Shown: one piece after another, positions 20,370 through 29,325 of the stretch
Layout of the letters: every line of letters starts with the position of its first letter
Position numbering within the stretch: the stretch's first letter is position 1
DNA from: an uncultured Candidatus Binatia bacterium
Lineage (GTDB): Bacteria > Desulfobacterota > Binatia > UBA9968 > CAXXLF01
Length of the DNA stretch: 64,000 nt
Assembly: GCA_965218425.1 (NCBI GenBank)
Contig: OZ244621.1
Location: forward strand, 3,520,001 to 3,584,000
Reading direction: 5' to 3'
The notes under the pieces: generated by a model
What the model was told of the DNA's origin: nothing
Seen by the model: only the letters and a program-made list of their open reading frames with translations
Databases searched by the model: none
Translations under genes and position numbers: made by a program

Positions 20370-21083
20370 CTAGAAGCTGCGCGAGATGGAACCGAACACG
20401 ATTGAGTCGGTATCGGAGCGATTATTATAGTTGCGGCCCTCCGTATAGAACAGGTCAATGCCGAAACCCTTGACCTTGGTGCCGACTCCCAGGTGGTACC
20501 ACGTATAGCTCGTGCCACCCTTGAAGGCTTTGTACCCGCCCTTGCCTAACAAGGTAACAGGAAGAGGGAGCTGGTCCATAGGCAGCGGCACGGATGCGCT
20601 CAGGACAATGCCGTCATCATAGGCTGTGCCGAATCCATGGTTGTACGTGGCCCCGAAGCTCGCAAAGCCCGCGTCGTAACTGACAGCCGCCTTGGTGTCC
20701 GCATAACTTTCCCAGCCAGAGTCAGGCTTAACGGAATCGCCATTCGGGTAGTGATAGTAAAGAGCGGTGAAGGTGACGCCCAGCTTGTCGGTGAGCTTCA
20801 TGCTGTACCCGCTATAGTAATCTATCTCGATGCCGCCGACACCTTCGCCGGTCGCGCTTGCCACGTTGGACGCCCAGACTCCGGCAAATGCCCCGGTGCT
20901 GTGCGACCAGTCGAAACTGCCTTGAAGCGCCGGGAGATTGTCGGTTTGGGTGAGACCGTTAAAGACGTAGTTCGATGTGAGCTTGACGCTCGCGGAGAAG
21001 CTCGACTGCGCTTGAACCGATGCTCCGTACGCCAGACCGACGACAACGGCGAGTGCGCCGACAAAAACCTGTCTTAGCTTCAT
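20370..21083 (-). CDS. TorF/Gcw_chp family putative porin
   Basis: SNYVFNGLTQTDNLPALQGSFD, GVWASNV, EIDYYSGY; signal peptide; terminal Phe. Confidence 0.85.
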   Translation of the reverse strand: MKLRQVFVGALAVVVGLAYGASVQAQSSFSASVKLTSNYVFNGLTQTDNLPALQGSFDWSHSTGAFAGVWASNVASATGEGVGGIEIDYYSGYSMKLTDKLGVTFTALYYHYPNGDSVKPDSGWESYADTKAAVSYDAGFASFGATYNHGFGTAYDDGIVLSASVPLPMDQLPLPVTLLGKGGYKAFKGGTSYTWYHLGVGTKVKGFGIDLFYTEGRNYNNRSDTDSIVFGSISRSF

Positions 21084-21320
21084 AATAATAATCTTCCTTC
21101 TCAGAGTGGAATTCTCAAAACAGTTCATCATAACTTACCTCCTGGAATCCAGCTTGACCGTATCTCTCAATGTGCGATATTATTAAAAACAACTTTCAGC
21201 CGATGCTGTCAAGCACATTTTTTACATCATTATTTCTCGATCGGCAACCTCTTAATATATTGGGCGGTCCCATTTATGTTTCTGAATGTCGGGCTTGCTA
21301 ATGCGTTTGAAACATTCGTT

Positions 21321-22178
21321 TCATGCCTTTCTTTCCATATGGCCGCGTAATCGTTCGCTGCGCCGGCGTAACAACTCCAGGATAGTCAATAGCAGGATCG
21401 AAACACAGACCAGGAGAGTGGCGACGGCCAGGATGGTCGGGCGGATCTCTTCCCGGATGCCCGAGAACATTTTCCATGGGATGGTGCGCTGTTTCACGGA
21501 GCCGATAAACAACACGACGACCACCTCGTCGAAGGAAGTGATGAAGGCGAACAAGGCGCCCGATATCATTCCGGGCAGAATCAGCGGCAGGATCACCTTG
21601 AAGAAAGTCCGGACCGGGTCGGCGCCCAGGCTGGCGGCGGCACGGGTCAGGGAATGGTCGAAACCGACCAGCGTCGCGGTTACCGTAATCACCACGAACG
21701 GCGTGCCCAGTGCCGCGTGGGCCAATATGACGCCCAAGTGTGTCGAAGTGATGCCGATGCGGGTATAGAAGAAATACATGCCTGCGGCCGAAATAATCAG
21801 CGGCACGATCATCGGTGATATCAGCAAGGCCATGAACGCGGTCTTGAAGGGCATCTGAGATCGGCTCAAACCGAGAGCGGCCAGTGTGCCGAGGAAGGTG
21901 GCGATCAGCGTCGCAAAGATGGCGATTACAAAGCTGTTTTGTACGGCTTTTTGCCAGGAACCCTCGGTGAAAAACTCGCGGTACCACTTGGTGCTGTATC
22001 CTGCCGGATCGAACGACAACATTTCCGGGGTAAAGGTGAAATACGGCAGTTCGTTGAAGCTCAGCGGAACAATCACGAAGATCGGTGCGATCAAGAATAC
22101 GAAGATTGCGGCGCAGATCGCCCGGTAGGTATAATACCAAATCTTTTCGATGGGCGACGCGTATATCGGCGGGGGCAT
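21321..22178 (-). CDS. Polyamine-type ABC permease (PotC-like)
   Basis: AAASLGA EAA-like loop, FITSFDEVVV. Confidence 0.9.
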   Translation of the reverse strand: MPPPIYASPIEKIWYYTYRAICAAIFVFLIAPIFVIVPLSFNELPYFTFTPEMLSFDPAGYSTKWYREFFTEGSWQKAVQNSFVIAIFATLIATFLGTLAALGLSRSQMPFKTAFMALLISPMIVPLIISAAGMYFFYTRIGITSTHLGVILAHAALGTPFVVITVTATLVGFDHSLTRAAASLGADPVRTFFKVILPLILPGMISGALFAFITSFDEVVVVLFIGSVKQRTIPWKMFSGIREEIRPTILAVATLLVCVSILLLTILELLRRRSERLRGHMERKA

Positions 22179-22187
22179 GGAGTTGAC

Positions 22188-23450
22188 TCAACCCAGCTTC
22201 ATGTTGTCGATGCCGACAATCTTGTCGTAGAGCAAATAGAGCGCCAATACCAAGGCGAGCAGCATGACGCCCAGGGCGGCGGCCAAGCCCCAGTTTAGAG
22301 TTTGGCCGACATGGACGGCGATGAAGTTGGAGATGAACGTGCCGGTTCGTCCGCCCACAAGTGCGGGAGTGATGTAGTAGCCGATTGACAGGATAAAAAC
22401 CAAGATGCAGCCGGCGCCGACGCCTGGAACGGTATTGGGCATGTAGACCCGAACGAACGCGGTGAACGGGGTCGCCCCGAGCGAGCAAGCTGCTCGCATG
22501 TAGGACGGAGGAATCGTCTTCATCACCGAGTAGAGCGGCAGGATCATGAACGGGAGCAGGATGTGGGTCATGGCTATGAATGTGCCGAGCTTGTTGTGGA
22601 TCATTTGAATCCGGGCCTCTTCGGGGATTATTCCAACCAGGACGAGCAGGTCGTTGAGCACCCCTTCGGTCTGCAGCAGGGCGATCCACGATGTCGTTCG
22701 TACCAGTAAGGAGGTCCAAAACGGCAACAGCACGAGGATCATCAGAAGATTGCTGATGCGTAGCGGCAAGGTGGCCAAGAGATATGAGACCGGATAGCCC
22801 AGCAACAGGCACAGCAGCGTAATCAACGCGCTCATCCATAAAGTGCGGTGGAACAGGGTCAAGTAGATCCGGCGCTGCTCGGGCTGCCGGGCGATCCCGC
22901 CCCGATCGTCGAGCTTCAGGTCCATCGAAGCCAAGAAATAACTACCGGTCAGCGGGCCCGACTCGCGATGGATCAGCCGCCAGGTTTTGATGTCGCCCCA
23001 GCGCTTGTCGATCATGATCACTTGGTCTTTGAACGGCGCTTCGGTTATACGCTTGGCGCGTCGCCCCGATTTGCGGAACAGACTGGACATGCCGGGCTTT
23101 TCATAGTTCAGGCGCCGACCGACCCGGCCAAGGGTCTTTTCCTTGAACGCCGTGTGCATATCGAGCACCAGAGCTTCGAATACGGCTTCGTCGGGCAAAT
23201 AAGCGCCGGTGGCATCCCAGCCTTGTATGGAAACAACGGTACGCGGCAGGATGGACGCGACGATCTGATTATCGACGCTGCGAAACAGCATGTCGAGAAT
23301 CGGCAAGACGAATGCCACGATGAGAAAGGCCAGCAACGGGGCAACCAGCATCAGTGCACGCAAGCGGCTAAGTAACAACGCGCGTTGAAGGCTGAGCCTC
23401 AACTGCACGCCGTCGACAGTTCGCATCACCTCATCTGTTGGCTCAGACAT
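22188..23450 (-). CDS. Polyamine-type ABC permease (PotB-like)
   Basis: LLPFWTSLLVRT, LPFMILPLY, AACSLGA, GYYITPALVGG. Confidence 0.9.
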   Translation of the reverse strand: MSEPTDEVMRTVDGVQLRLSLQRALLLSRLRALMLVAPLLAFLIVAFVLPILDMLFRSVDNQIVASILPRTVVSIQGWDATGAYLPDEAVFEALVLDMHTAFKEKTLGRVGRRLNYEKPGMSSLFRKSGRRAKRITEAPFKDQVIMIDKRWGDIKTWRLIHRESGPLTGSYFLASMDLKLDDRGGIARQPEQRRIYLTLFHRTLWMSALITLLCLLLGYPVSYLLATLPLRISNLLMILVLLPFWTSLLVRTTSWIALLQTEGVLNDLLVLVGIIPEEARIQMIHNKLGTFIAMTHILLPFMILPLYSVMKTIPPSYMRAACSLGATPFTAFVRVYMPNTVPGVGAGCILVFILSIGYYITPALVGGRTGTFISNFIAVHVGQTLNWGLAAALGVMLLALVLALYLLYDKIVGIDNMKLG

Positions 23451-23493
23451 GCGAGATGACCCCGAATGGCACGATATGGAATCGAAAGGATCG

Positions 23494-23525
23494 CCGGGCG
23501 AGGCGTGCGGGCACGCCCCGCCCGG
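23494..23525 (-). terminator. Intercistronic GC-rich hairpin after the SBP gene
   Basis: CCGGGCGAGGCGTGC..GCACGCCCCGCCCGG inverted repeat. Confidence 0.5.
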
Positions 23526-23536
23526 TTGTCAATTGG

Positions 23537-24640
23537 TTACTTTGCGAGCCATGCGTTGAAACGCTCGTCAAGCTCGGCCCGGTGGTCCGCCCACCAGACA
23601 TAATCGAAGTTTAGGACGGTCTTGGCGTTTTTCTTATCGGTCGGCATGTGCGGCCTCATGTCGATACCGAGTTCGGCGTGTTTGCCGACCAATGGACCCG
23701 AGGAGTGACGTGCCGGGCCGTAGGAGATATACTTCGCCTGATCCGCCAGCCGCTGGGTGTCGGTGGCAAATCGCAGATAAGCCTTCACGGCGCCGGGATT
23801 CTTGACGCCTTTAGGCACCACCCAGCCGTCCAAGTCGAACGCCTGCCAATCCCATAACATGGTGATGGGTTGTTTCTTCTCCACAATGGCTGAAAACAGC
23901 CGGCCGTTGTAAGCCGAGGCTATCACCACTTCACCGTCGGCCAACAGCTGCGGGGGCTGTGCCCCCTTTGACCACCAGACGACGTGGTCTTTTATGGTGT
24001 CGAGCTTGGCGAAGGCCCGATCTACGCCCTCGGGCTTGCTCAGCACCTTGTAGACGTCCTTGCTCGGAACACCATCGGCAATCAGCGCCCATTCCAGGTT
24101 GTTGATCGGCTTCTTTTCCAGAGAGCGCTTGCCGGGAAAACTCTTCAGGTCAAACACGTCGGCAATCGTGGATGGTTGCCTGTCCTTAAAGGCGTCGGTG
24201 CGGTATCCGAAGGTGGTGGAATAGACGATACTGGGAATGAAGCAGTTCGTTCCGCCCGGGGTCAGCGTGCCGGCGAAGAAGTCTTTGGATGCCGGTGTGC
24301 CGTCGGGAGCCGGGGCCAACCAGGTGTCGGGATCGATTGCCTCCAGCAGCCCTTCGTCGCATGCCGTGATCGCGTCGGAGGCGGTCATGTCGATAATGTC
24401 CCAGGTGACGTTGCCTGATTCGACCTGAGCCCTGAGCTTGGCCAGTGCTTGGGCCCCCTGGTCGTCATTGATGATCTTGACGTTCGGGTTCGTCGCCACA
24501 TAGGGGTCATGGTAGGCCTTTTGCTGGCTCGCCGTATAAGCGCCGCCCCAGGACACGATGGTCAGATCGACGGCGTGGGCACTCCCGGCCGCCAAAGCGA
24601 CGCCTGCCAGGGTCACTATGGAACGTAGCAACTGTTTCAT
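23537..24640 (-). CDS. Polyamine-type ABC solute-binding protein (PotD/PotF-like)
   Basis: SWGGAY, QVESGNVTWD, LLADGEV, YNGR; AGGAGG RBS; signal peptide. Confidence 0.9.
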   Translation of the reverse strand: MKQLLRSIVTLAGVALAAGSAHAVDLTIVSWGGAYTASQQKAYHDPYVATNPNVKIINDDQGAQALAKLRAQVESGNVTWDIIDMTASDAITACDEGLLEAIDPDTWLAPAPDGTPASKDFFAGTLTPGGTNCFIPSIVYSTTFGYRTDAFKDRQPSTIADVFDLKSFPGKRSLEKKPINNLEWALIADGVPSKDVYKVLSKPEGVDRAFAKLDTIKDHVVWWSKGAQPPQLLADGEVVIASAYNGRLFSAIVEKKQPITMLWDWQAFDLDGWVVPKGVKNPGAVKAYLRFATDTQRLADQAKYISYGPARHSSGPLVGKHAELGIDMRPHMPTDKKNAKTVLNFDYVWWADHRAELDERFNAWLAK

Positions 24641-24823
24641 CGGTTACCTCCTTATAATTTATGGCAATTATCCCATGAAACCATGTAGGGGCAGTTTAGA
24701 TTACAGGGACATGCCCAGGTCCTCGCCTGATCTACCGTTGTCCCGTATGAACTCAGGTAGGCATGAACCCTGGGCATAGTAAATAAGAGGGGAGTCTGTC
24801 AAGGTTATTTTGAACAGTAATCA

Positions 24824-24853
24824 TTGACATGATTCCCCTGGCAATGCTACAAC
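24824..24853 (+). promoter_or_regulatory. Candidate sigma70 promoter inside IS1595
   Basis: TTGACA-18-TACAAC with TG upstream of the -10; predicted start near 24860. Confidence 0.5.
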
Positions 24854-24859
24854 CCCTGG

Positions 24860-24985
24860 TGCGTTCGAGAAAGAAGCCCGATGTGTCGGGTCTTCTACTC
24901 AATAGAACACCCCGCACAAAGGCAAAGGGTAGCTCCCTGAGCCTGGGGGAATAGGTAGATCGACATGCTTCTTTCGTCGAACGCA
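24860..24985 (+). ncRNA. Candidate structured RNA or leader inside IS1595
   Basis: TGCGTTCGAGAAAGAAGC (24860-24877) pairs with GCTTCTTTCGTCGAACGCA (24967-24985), 18 bp with one bulge, enclosing several short hairpins. Confidence 0.5.
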
Positions 24986-25025
24986 AGACCCGGCAACCTA
25001 ACGGGCCAGCGTAAAGGAGGGAAGC

Positions 25026-25403
25026 ATGAAGGGGTTATGGATTCTCCTGTTGTTGTGTGTTTTGCCGATCCCATCATGGGGGCAGGGACGTGATGCAGAT
25101 GGTTCCTTTGCCCTATGTATCGGGGAGTTAAAACGAGGGGTTGAGATTGTGGCACTAGGTCATGAATTGCTTGGGAAAACTCGGACGCGGGCGCCATCTC
25201 TCTCAACGGATGGCATAGAAAATGGGCTTAAGGCCGTAAAGGATTCTATTGCCGTTTATACAGAGGAGTTGATCTACGCTTTGGAACAAGCAGCCCAGGG
25301 GAAGATAAGTCTGGAACAAGTTAAGGCCGATTTTCGGACGTTATGTTCTGACCTAAGGAAAGTTCAATCTAAATACAGGCAGGCCCTAACAAAGAGGAGA
25401 TAG
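25026..25403 (+). CDS. Hypothetical secreted protein (IS1595 passenger)
   Basis: AAGGAGGG RBS, N-terminal signal-like MKGLWILLLLCVLPIPSWG, helical mature part. Confidence 0.7.
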   Translation: MKGLWILLLLCVLPIPSWGQGRDADGSFALCIGELKRGVEIVALGHELLGKTRTRAPSLSTDGIENGLKAVKDSIAVYTEELIYALEQAAQGKISLEQVKADFRTLCSDLRKVQSKYRQALTKRR

Positions 25404-25406
25404 TCT

Positions 25407-25544
25407 ATGGAGCAAAAGGAGAAGCCAAAGCCCACCATAAAAAAAGTGGAGTCTAAAAAGGCCGACCTTAACCCGCGCCACCTCGAAGACTTCAACGCTC
25501 TTTTGAGGAAGATCGCAACCCCGACAAAGCCACGTCAAACATAG
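25407..25544 (+). CDS. Small 45-aa passenger protein, convergent with and overlapping the transposase 3' end
   Basis: GAGGAG RBS; MEQKEKPKPTIKKVESKKADLNPRHLEDFNALLRKIATPTKPRQT; not in the supplied ORF track. Confidence 0.55.
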   Translation: MEQKEKPKPTIKKVESKKADLNPRHLEDFNALLRKIATPTKPRQT

Positions 25545-26361
25545 CTTCTGGGTTCTTGCGATTACTGTAGCGGAAGGAGAACTCGTCAACGTACTTGCTG
25601 AGATGTTTCCTAGATACCCACACATGGGTGCCTTTGATGCTTAACTTCAGCCGCGCCCAAAACCCCTCAGTGTTCTGCACATGCACATCGCCAGCCACGT
25701 ACTGCTTAGCGGCATGCTGAACGGAAGCATGCTCGTACCCATAGTGTTTAAGGATTTTATAGGTATGCATCTCATCCGTACTAATACGAGAACCTTTTTC
25801 GATGGCCGCATTGATCCGAGGGATTAAGGTCTCTCTCTTGACATCATCAACTGGCATGGCCTTGATTCTTCCACCACGCTCAACCATGCCGAAAACGATT
25901 GACTTCCCTCCCGCACCGCGCCCACGCTTACCTGGGCGCTTCCCTCCGATGTAGGTCTCATCAATCTCAACGTGCCCCTTAAGCATATCGGAAGATTTAT
26001 CGGACATGAGTTTACGGACTTGGTGACACATGCGCCATGCAGTCTTATAGGTAACGCCTAATTGACGTTCCACTTCTTTTGCGGACACTCCTGAACGGGT
26101 GACGGTCATTAGGTAGATGGTATAGAACCAGTCGGAAAGAGGGGTTGTGGTTTTCTCTAACACCGTGCCCTGAGTCGGGTAGATCTGGTAGCCGCACCAG
26201 CGACACTCAAAGCAACGCCTCCCGCGAACACGATGGAACTTGCTTGCTTTTTGGCATGTGGGGCATGTATAATGAGTACCATAATGGAGATTCATAAGCT
26301 CCTGAAGACAGGAGTCGTTGTCTGGGAACCGTTTGCGAAAGTCGTTGATTGTGAATTTCAT
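25492..26361 (-). CDS. IS1595 family transposase
   Basis: Zn ribbon CPTC...CRWC, HTH GVTYKTAWRM, VEIDETYIGG, STDE, NTEGFW...YVDEFSFRY. Confidence 0.95.
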   Translation of the reverse strand: MKFTINDFRKRFPDNDSCLQELMNLHYGTHYTCPTCQKASKFHRVRGRRCFECRWCGYQIYPTQGTVLEKTTTPLSDWFYTIYLMTVTRSGVSAKEVERQLGVTYKTAWRMCHQVRKLMSDKSSDMLKGHVEIDETYIGGKRPGKRGRGAGGKSIVFGMVERGGRIKAMPVDDVKRETLIPRINAAIEKGSRISTDEMHTYKILKHYGYEHASVQHAAKQYVAGDVHVQNTEGFWARLKLSIKGTHVWVSRKHLSKYVDEFSFRYSNRKNPEAMFDVALSGLRSSSKER

Positions 26362-26392
26362 TATTTCCCCCTTTGGAGGCAAAATGACTGAC

Positions 26393-26632
26393 TCAGCGAA
26401 AATTGTTCAAAAAGTCATCTATCTCAGCTTGGAACGCTTTCAGACGCGGTTCAATGTACGACACCTTATCAGTGGGACTGTCGAAGCGGCGCAATTTGAG
26501 GAGAACCGCATCACGAGTGGTAGGGTCCATAGCGACAAGGGCCGCAACCAAGATGCCCTTAAGCGCCGTGACTTGGACCTGTAGATCGTCTATCGCAGAT
26601 GCGAGTTGGTGAAGTGGGTCGTTTGCTTGCAT
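26393..26632 (-). CDS. Hypothetical 79-aa protein (IS1595 passenger, probably leaderless)
   Basis: ATG 6 nt downstream of the -10 box of the IS-end promoter; helical sequence. Confidence 0.55.
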   Translation of the reverse strand: MQANDPLHQLASAIDDLQVQVTALKGILVAALVAMDPTTRDAVLLKLRRFDSPTDKVSYIEPRLKAFQAEIDDFLNNFR

Positions 26633-26638
26633 AGTTAC

Positions 26639-26667
26639 ACCATAGCATACCGAATACATGTTGTCAA
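26639..26667 (-). promoter_or_regulatory. sigma70 promoter overlapping the IS1595 TIR
   Basis: TTGACA-17-TATGGT with extended TG. Confidence 0.65.
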
Positions 26668-26760
26668 GGGATAAACACCTAATTTATTGCTGGTCGTATA
26701 ATACTCCGGTCGGGCACTCGGGTGCCGCGTGCGCCCTTCTGGACGCTTCCTGATCTTGTT

Positions 26761-27876
26761 TTAACCGGGCGCGGAGACCTCCCCCGGCGCGTCCAGCGCC
26801 CGGCAATCGTCCGCCGCCCAACCAAGCTGAATCTGCATGCCTTCATCAAGAGAGGCATGACGGTAAGCGTTTGGCACCTTGACGGTGAACTCGTCATTTC
26901 CGGCCACCATCAACCGGGCCCGAATGTGGTCGCCCAGGTAGATCAACTCCTCGACGCGGCCGCTAATGAGATTCTCCGCCGTTTCGCCGGCCGGCGCTAT
27001 GGCAACCCGTTCGGGGCGAAGCGACAGGGTCGTGCGCGCCCCTTCACCGTCCACCTTAACCTTCAGTGCGCGTACGGTGGTACCGTCATCGAGAGCAACT
27101 TGGCAATACGCCCCGTCTATGGACGTGACCTTGCCGCTCAGGCGGTTGTTTTCGCCTATGAATTGGGCCACGAAGGCGTTCCCGGGTTGCTCGTATAGTA
27201 CGCTGGGCTCCGCCAGTTGCTGGATAACGCCGTCGTCCAACACCGCGATCCGATTGGACATGGTCAAAGCTTCGGATTGATCGTGGGTCACGTAGACCAC
27301 GGTCACGCCAAGATTCTCGTGGATGCGCTTGATTTCGTACTGCATTTCTTCGCGCAGGTTCTTGTCCAGCGCACCGAGCGGTTCGTCCATAAGCACCAGA
27401 ACGGGTTCGAACACCAGGGCCCGCGCCACCGCCACCCGCTGCTGCTGGCCCCCGGAGAGTTGCGCCGGCCGCCGACTGCCGAAGTCCGGCAACCGGACCA
27501 TGTCGAGTGCTCGCTTGACTTTGGCTTCGGTATCGGCCTTTGAAAGCTTGCGGACCTGCAAGGGGAATGCCAAGTTCTCTGCCACCGTCATGTGCGGGAA
27601 CAAAGCATAGTTTTGGAACACCATGCCAATGCCGCGTCGATGGGGTGCAACGCGGTTGATCGGCCGGTTGTTCAGATAGATCTCGCCGTGCGTCGCCGGT
27701 TCGAATCCAGCGAGCATCATCAGGCAGGTGGTTTTGCCGGACCCGGACGGACCCAGCATGGTCAGGAATTCACCCCTTTCGATGTTCAGATTGAGGTCTT
27801 TGACGACCAGCGTCTCGCCATCGTAGCTCTTTTGAACGCGGTCGAATTTGACGATGCTCGGTCTGGTGTCAAACAT
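26761..27876 (-). CDS. Polyamine-type ABC ATPase (PotA-like)
   Basis: GPSGSGKTT, LSGGQQQR, DEPLGALD, C-terminal TOBE. Confidence 0.93.
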   Translation of the reverse strand: MFDTRPSIVKFDRVQKSYDGETLVVKDLNLNIERGEFLTMLGPSGSGKTTCLMMLAGFEPATHGEIYLNNRPINRVAPHRRGIGMVFQNYALFPHMTVAENLAFPLQVRKLSKADTEAKVKRALDMVRLPDFGSRRPAQLSGGQQQRVAVARALVFEPVLVLMDEPLGALDKNLREEMQYEIKRIHENLGVTVVYVTHDQSEALTMSNRIAVLDDGVIQQLAEPSVLYEQPGNAFVAQFIGENNRLSGKVTSIDGAYCQVALDDGTTVRALKVKVDGEGARTTLSLRPERVAIAPAGETAENLISGRVEELIYLGDHIRARLMVAGNDEFTVKVPNAYRHASLDEGMQIQLGWAADDCRALDAPGEVSAPG

Positions 27877-28014
27877 CCATCCGCCCGACCTCGGCCGTGC
27901 GAAGTAGCCGGACCAGCCCTACCGTGGCCGATTGCCTTGATGATGAGAAATTCACCGTTTGCCCACCGGTGTGTAAAGCTATCAAATTCCATCGGGTGAT
28001 ACAATCGCGAAAGC

Positions 28015-28225
28015 CTGGTGGATTGATTCCAACGATTGGAACCCGGGTATTCTTGCGGCGATGATTTTGTCCTGGTCGGCTGTCCAAATGAATGGTTTTG
28101 CCTCGGTCCGGTCGTGTTCATCGATGCACCGGTTGATGGCGACTTGCAGGTCGACGAGGGAATGGAAGACGCCGTGCTTCAGCCTGCGCCGGTTAAGCTT
28201 GGTGCACAAGCCCTCGACGGCGCCA
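28015..28225 (-). mobile_element. IS630-family transposase C-terminal remnant
   Basis: AVEG..TKLNRRRLKHGVFHSLVDLQ.AINR...KPFIWTAD.DKIIAA. Confidence 0.8.
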
Positions 28226-28348
28226 TCGCGGCAGGTGGAGTGTTCGGCGCGGGCAACGTCTCTGCTCCCTGACCACGCCTGCAGTCGTCGGAGTGCACCC
28301 GTACCAAGGCGGTTACAGGCGTCGTCGTTCCCGCCTTCACGGGAGATG

Positions 28349-29179
28349 CTACGGCTTGCGGCCTATCGCCTCTCCCCAAGCCACGGCGGCGAACGCACCG
28401 GGGGTGTCCTTCCACTGGTCGAGCATGCGGCGCCAGCCATCGAACTGCTCGTGACTTGCCAGCCCGTGTTTCGTGGCCGCTTCCACGGTAGCGGAGGAGA
28501 AGAACCAGCCGCCCGCGAAACCGTGATAAAAGGCGATGTCCCCTGCCGTGCTGTAGGACTCGAACGAAGCGCCGGCATGGATGTCCGAGAACCCGGCATC
28601 GAGAAACGCACGCTTGAGTTCTTTCCCCATCTGGGGGTGGGCCCCGTTGGCCTCGAGAAGTTTCGTGAACGTCGCCCATGCACCGCCCATGTCTTCAAGT
28701 TCGGGCTCGAAAAACGATGAGGCGCCGATCAGTTCCCGGCTGGAGATGAGGCCCCCGGGCTTCAACACCCGCTTCACCTCGGCCAGGGTGGCCTGCGTAT
28801 CCGGGATGTGCATGAGCAGGGCGTTGCAGTGGGCGACGTCGAACGAGTCGTCCTCAAAGGGAAGATCGGTCACATCGCCTGTGTGGAATACCGCGTTGCT
28901 GTGCCCGCCGGCCAACGCGGCGCCCCGTGCCATCTCGATCTGTGACTCTTCCATATCGATGCCGTGCAACTCTCCGGGTTCCACTGCTCTTGCGAGCCCT
29001 ATCGAAATCGTCCCGGGGCCGCAACCGAAATCGAGAACGCGGAGACCGGGCTTGAGGTGCGGGAGCAGATGCGCGGCACTGGTCTGCGCGCTCCGGCGGT
29101 CGAGCAGTTTCCGGAACTCGTCGCTGTATCCCATGGTGTAGGAGGGCGTGGAAGTAACCCGGGTTTTGTCGCCGTTCAA
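28349..29179 (-). CDS. Class I SAM-dependent methyltransferase (UbiE-like)
   Basis: VLDFGCGPG, LPFEDDSFD, RVLKPGG; TTG start after GAGGGA. Confidence 0.9.
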   Translation of the reverse strand: MNGDKTRVTSTPSYTMGYSDEFRKLLDRRSAQTSAAHLLPHLKPGLRVLDFGCGPGTISIGLARAVEPGELHGIDMEESQIEMARGAALAGGHSNAVFHTGDVTDLPFEDDSFDVAHCNALLMHIPDTQATLAEVKRVLKPGGLISSRELIGASSFFEPELEDMGGAWATFTKLLEANGAHPQMGKELKRAFLDAGFSDIHAGASFESYSTAGDIAFYHGFAGGWFFSSATVEAATKHGLASHEQFDGWRRMLDQWKDTPGAFAAVAWGEAIGRKP

Positions 29180-29207
29180 TTGGTAGCTCCCTCTCAAATC
29201 GCCACGC

Positions 29208-29325
29208 CAACCTCGTCCCCTTGAGGGCATTCTTGCCCTCTTTGATGTGCCGTTCCGCTGTGCCCCGCTTATTGTAAAAGGCCACCACGCGTTGGGCCAA
29301 ACGGGGCAGGGGGGTGACGCAGTAC
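29208..29325 (-). mobile_element. IS1380-family transposase remnant
   Basis: RVVAFYNKRGTAERHIKEGKNALKGTRL matches the IS1380 Y..RG..E..IKE motif. Confidence 0.78.

Larger units (their letters stand above)
24663..26679 (-). mobile_element. Complete IS1595-family element with passenger genes (2017 bp)
   Basis: Imperfect TIRs (19/25) GGCAATTATCCCATGAAACCATGTA vs GGTGTTTATCCCTTGACAACATGTA; 8-bp direct repeat TAATTTAT at 24655-24662 and 26680-26687. Confidence 0.92.

Noticed and set aside
24912..24950. GCACAAAGGCAAA resembling the start of a c-di-GMP-I riboswitch
   Set aside because: The following GNRA-capped stem and ACGCAAA segment are absent
27695..27712. GGTTCGAATCC T-loop-like motif
   Set aside because: Lies inside the PotA-like CDS; no cloverleaf around it
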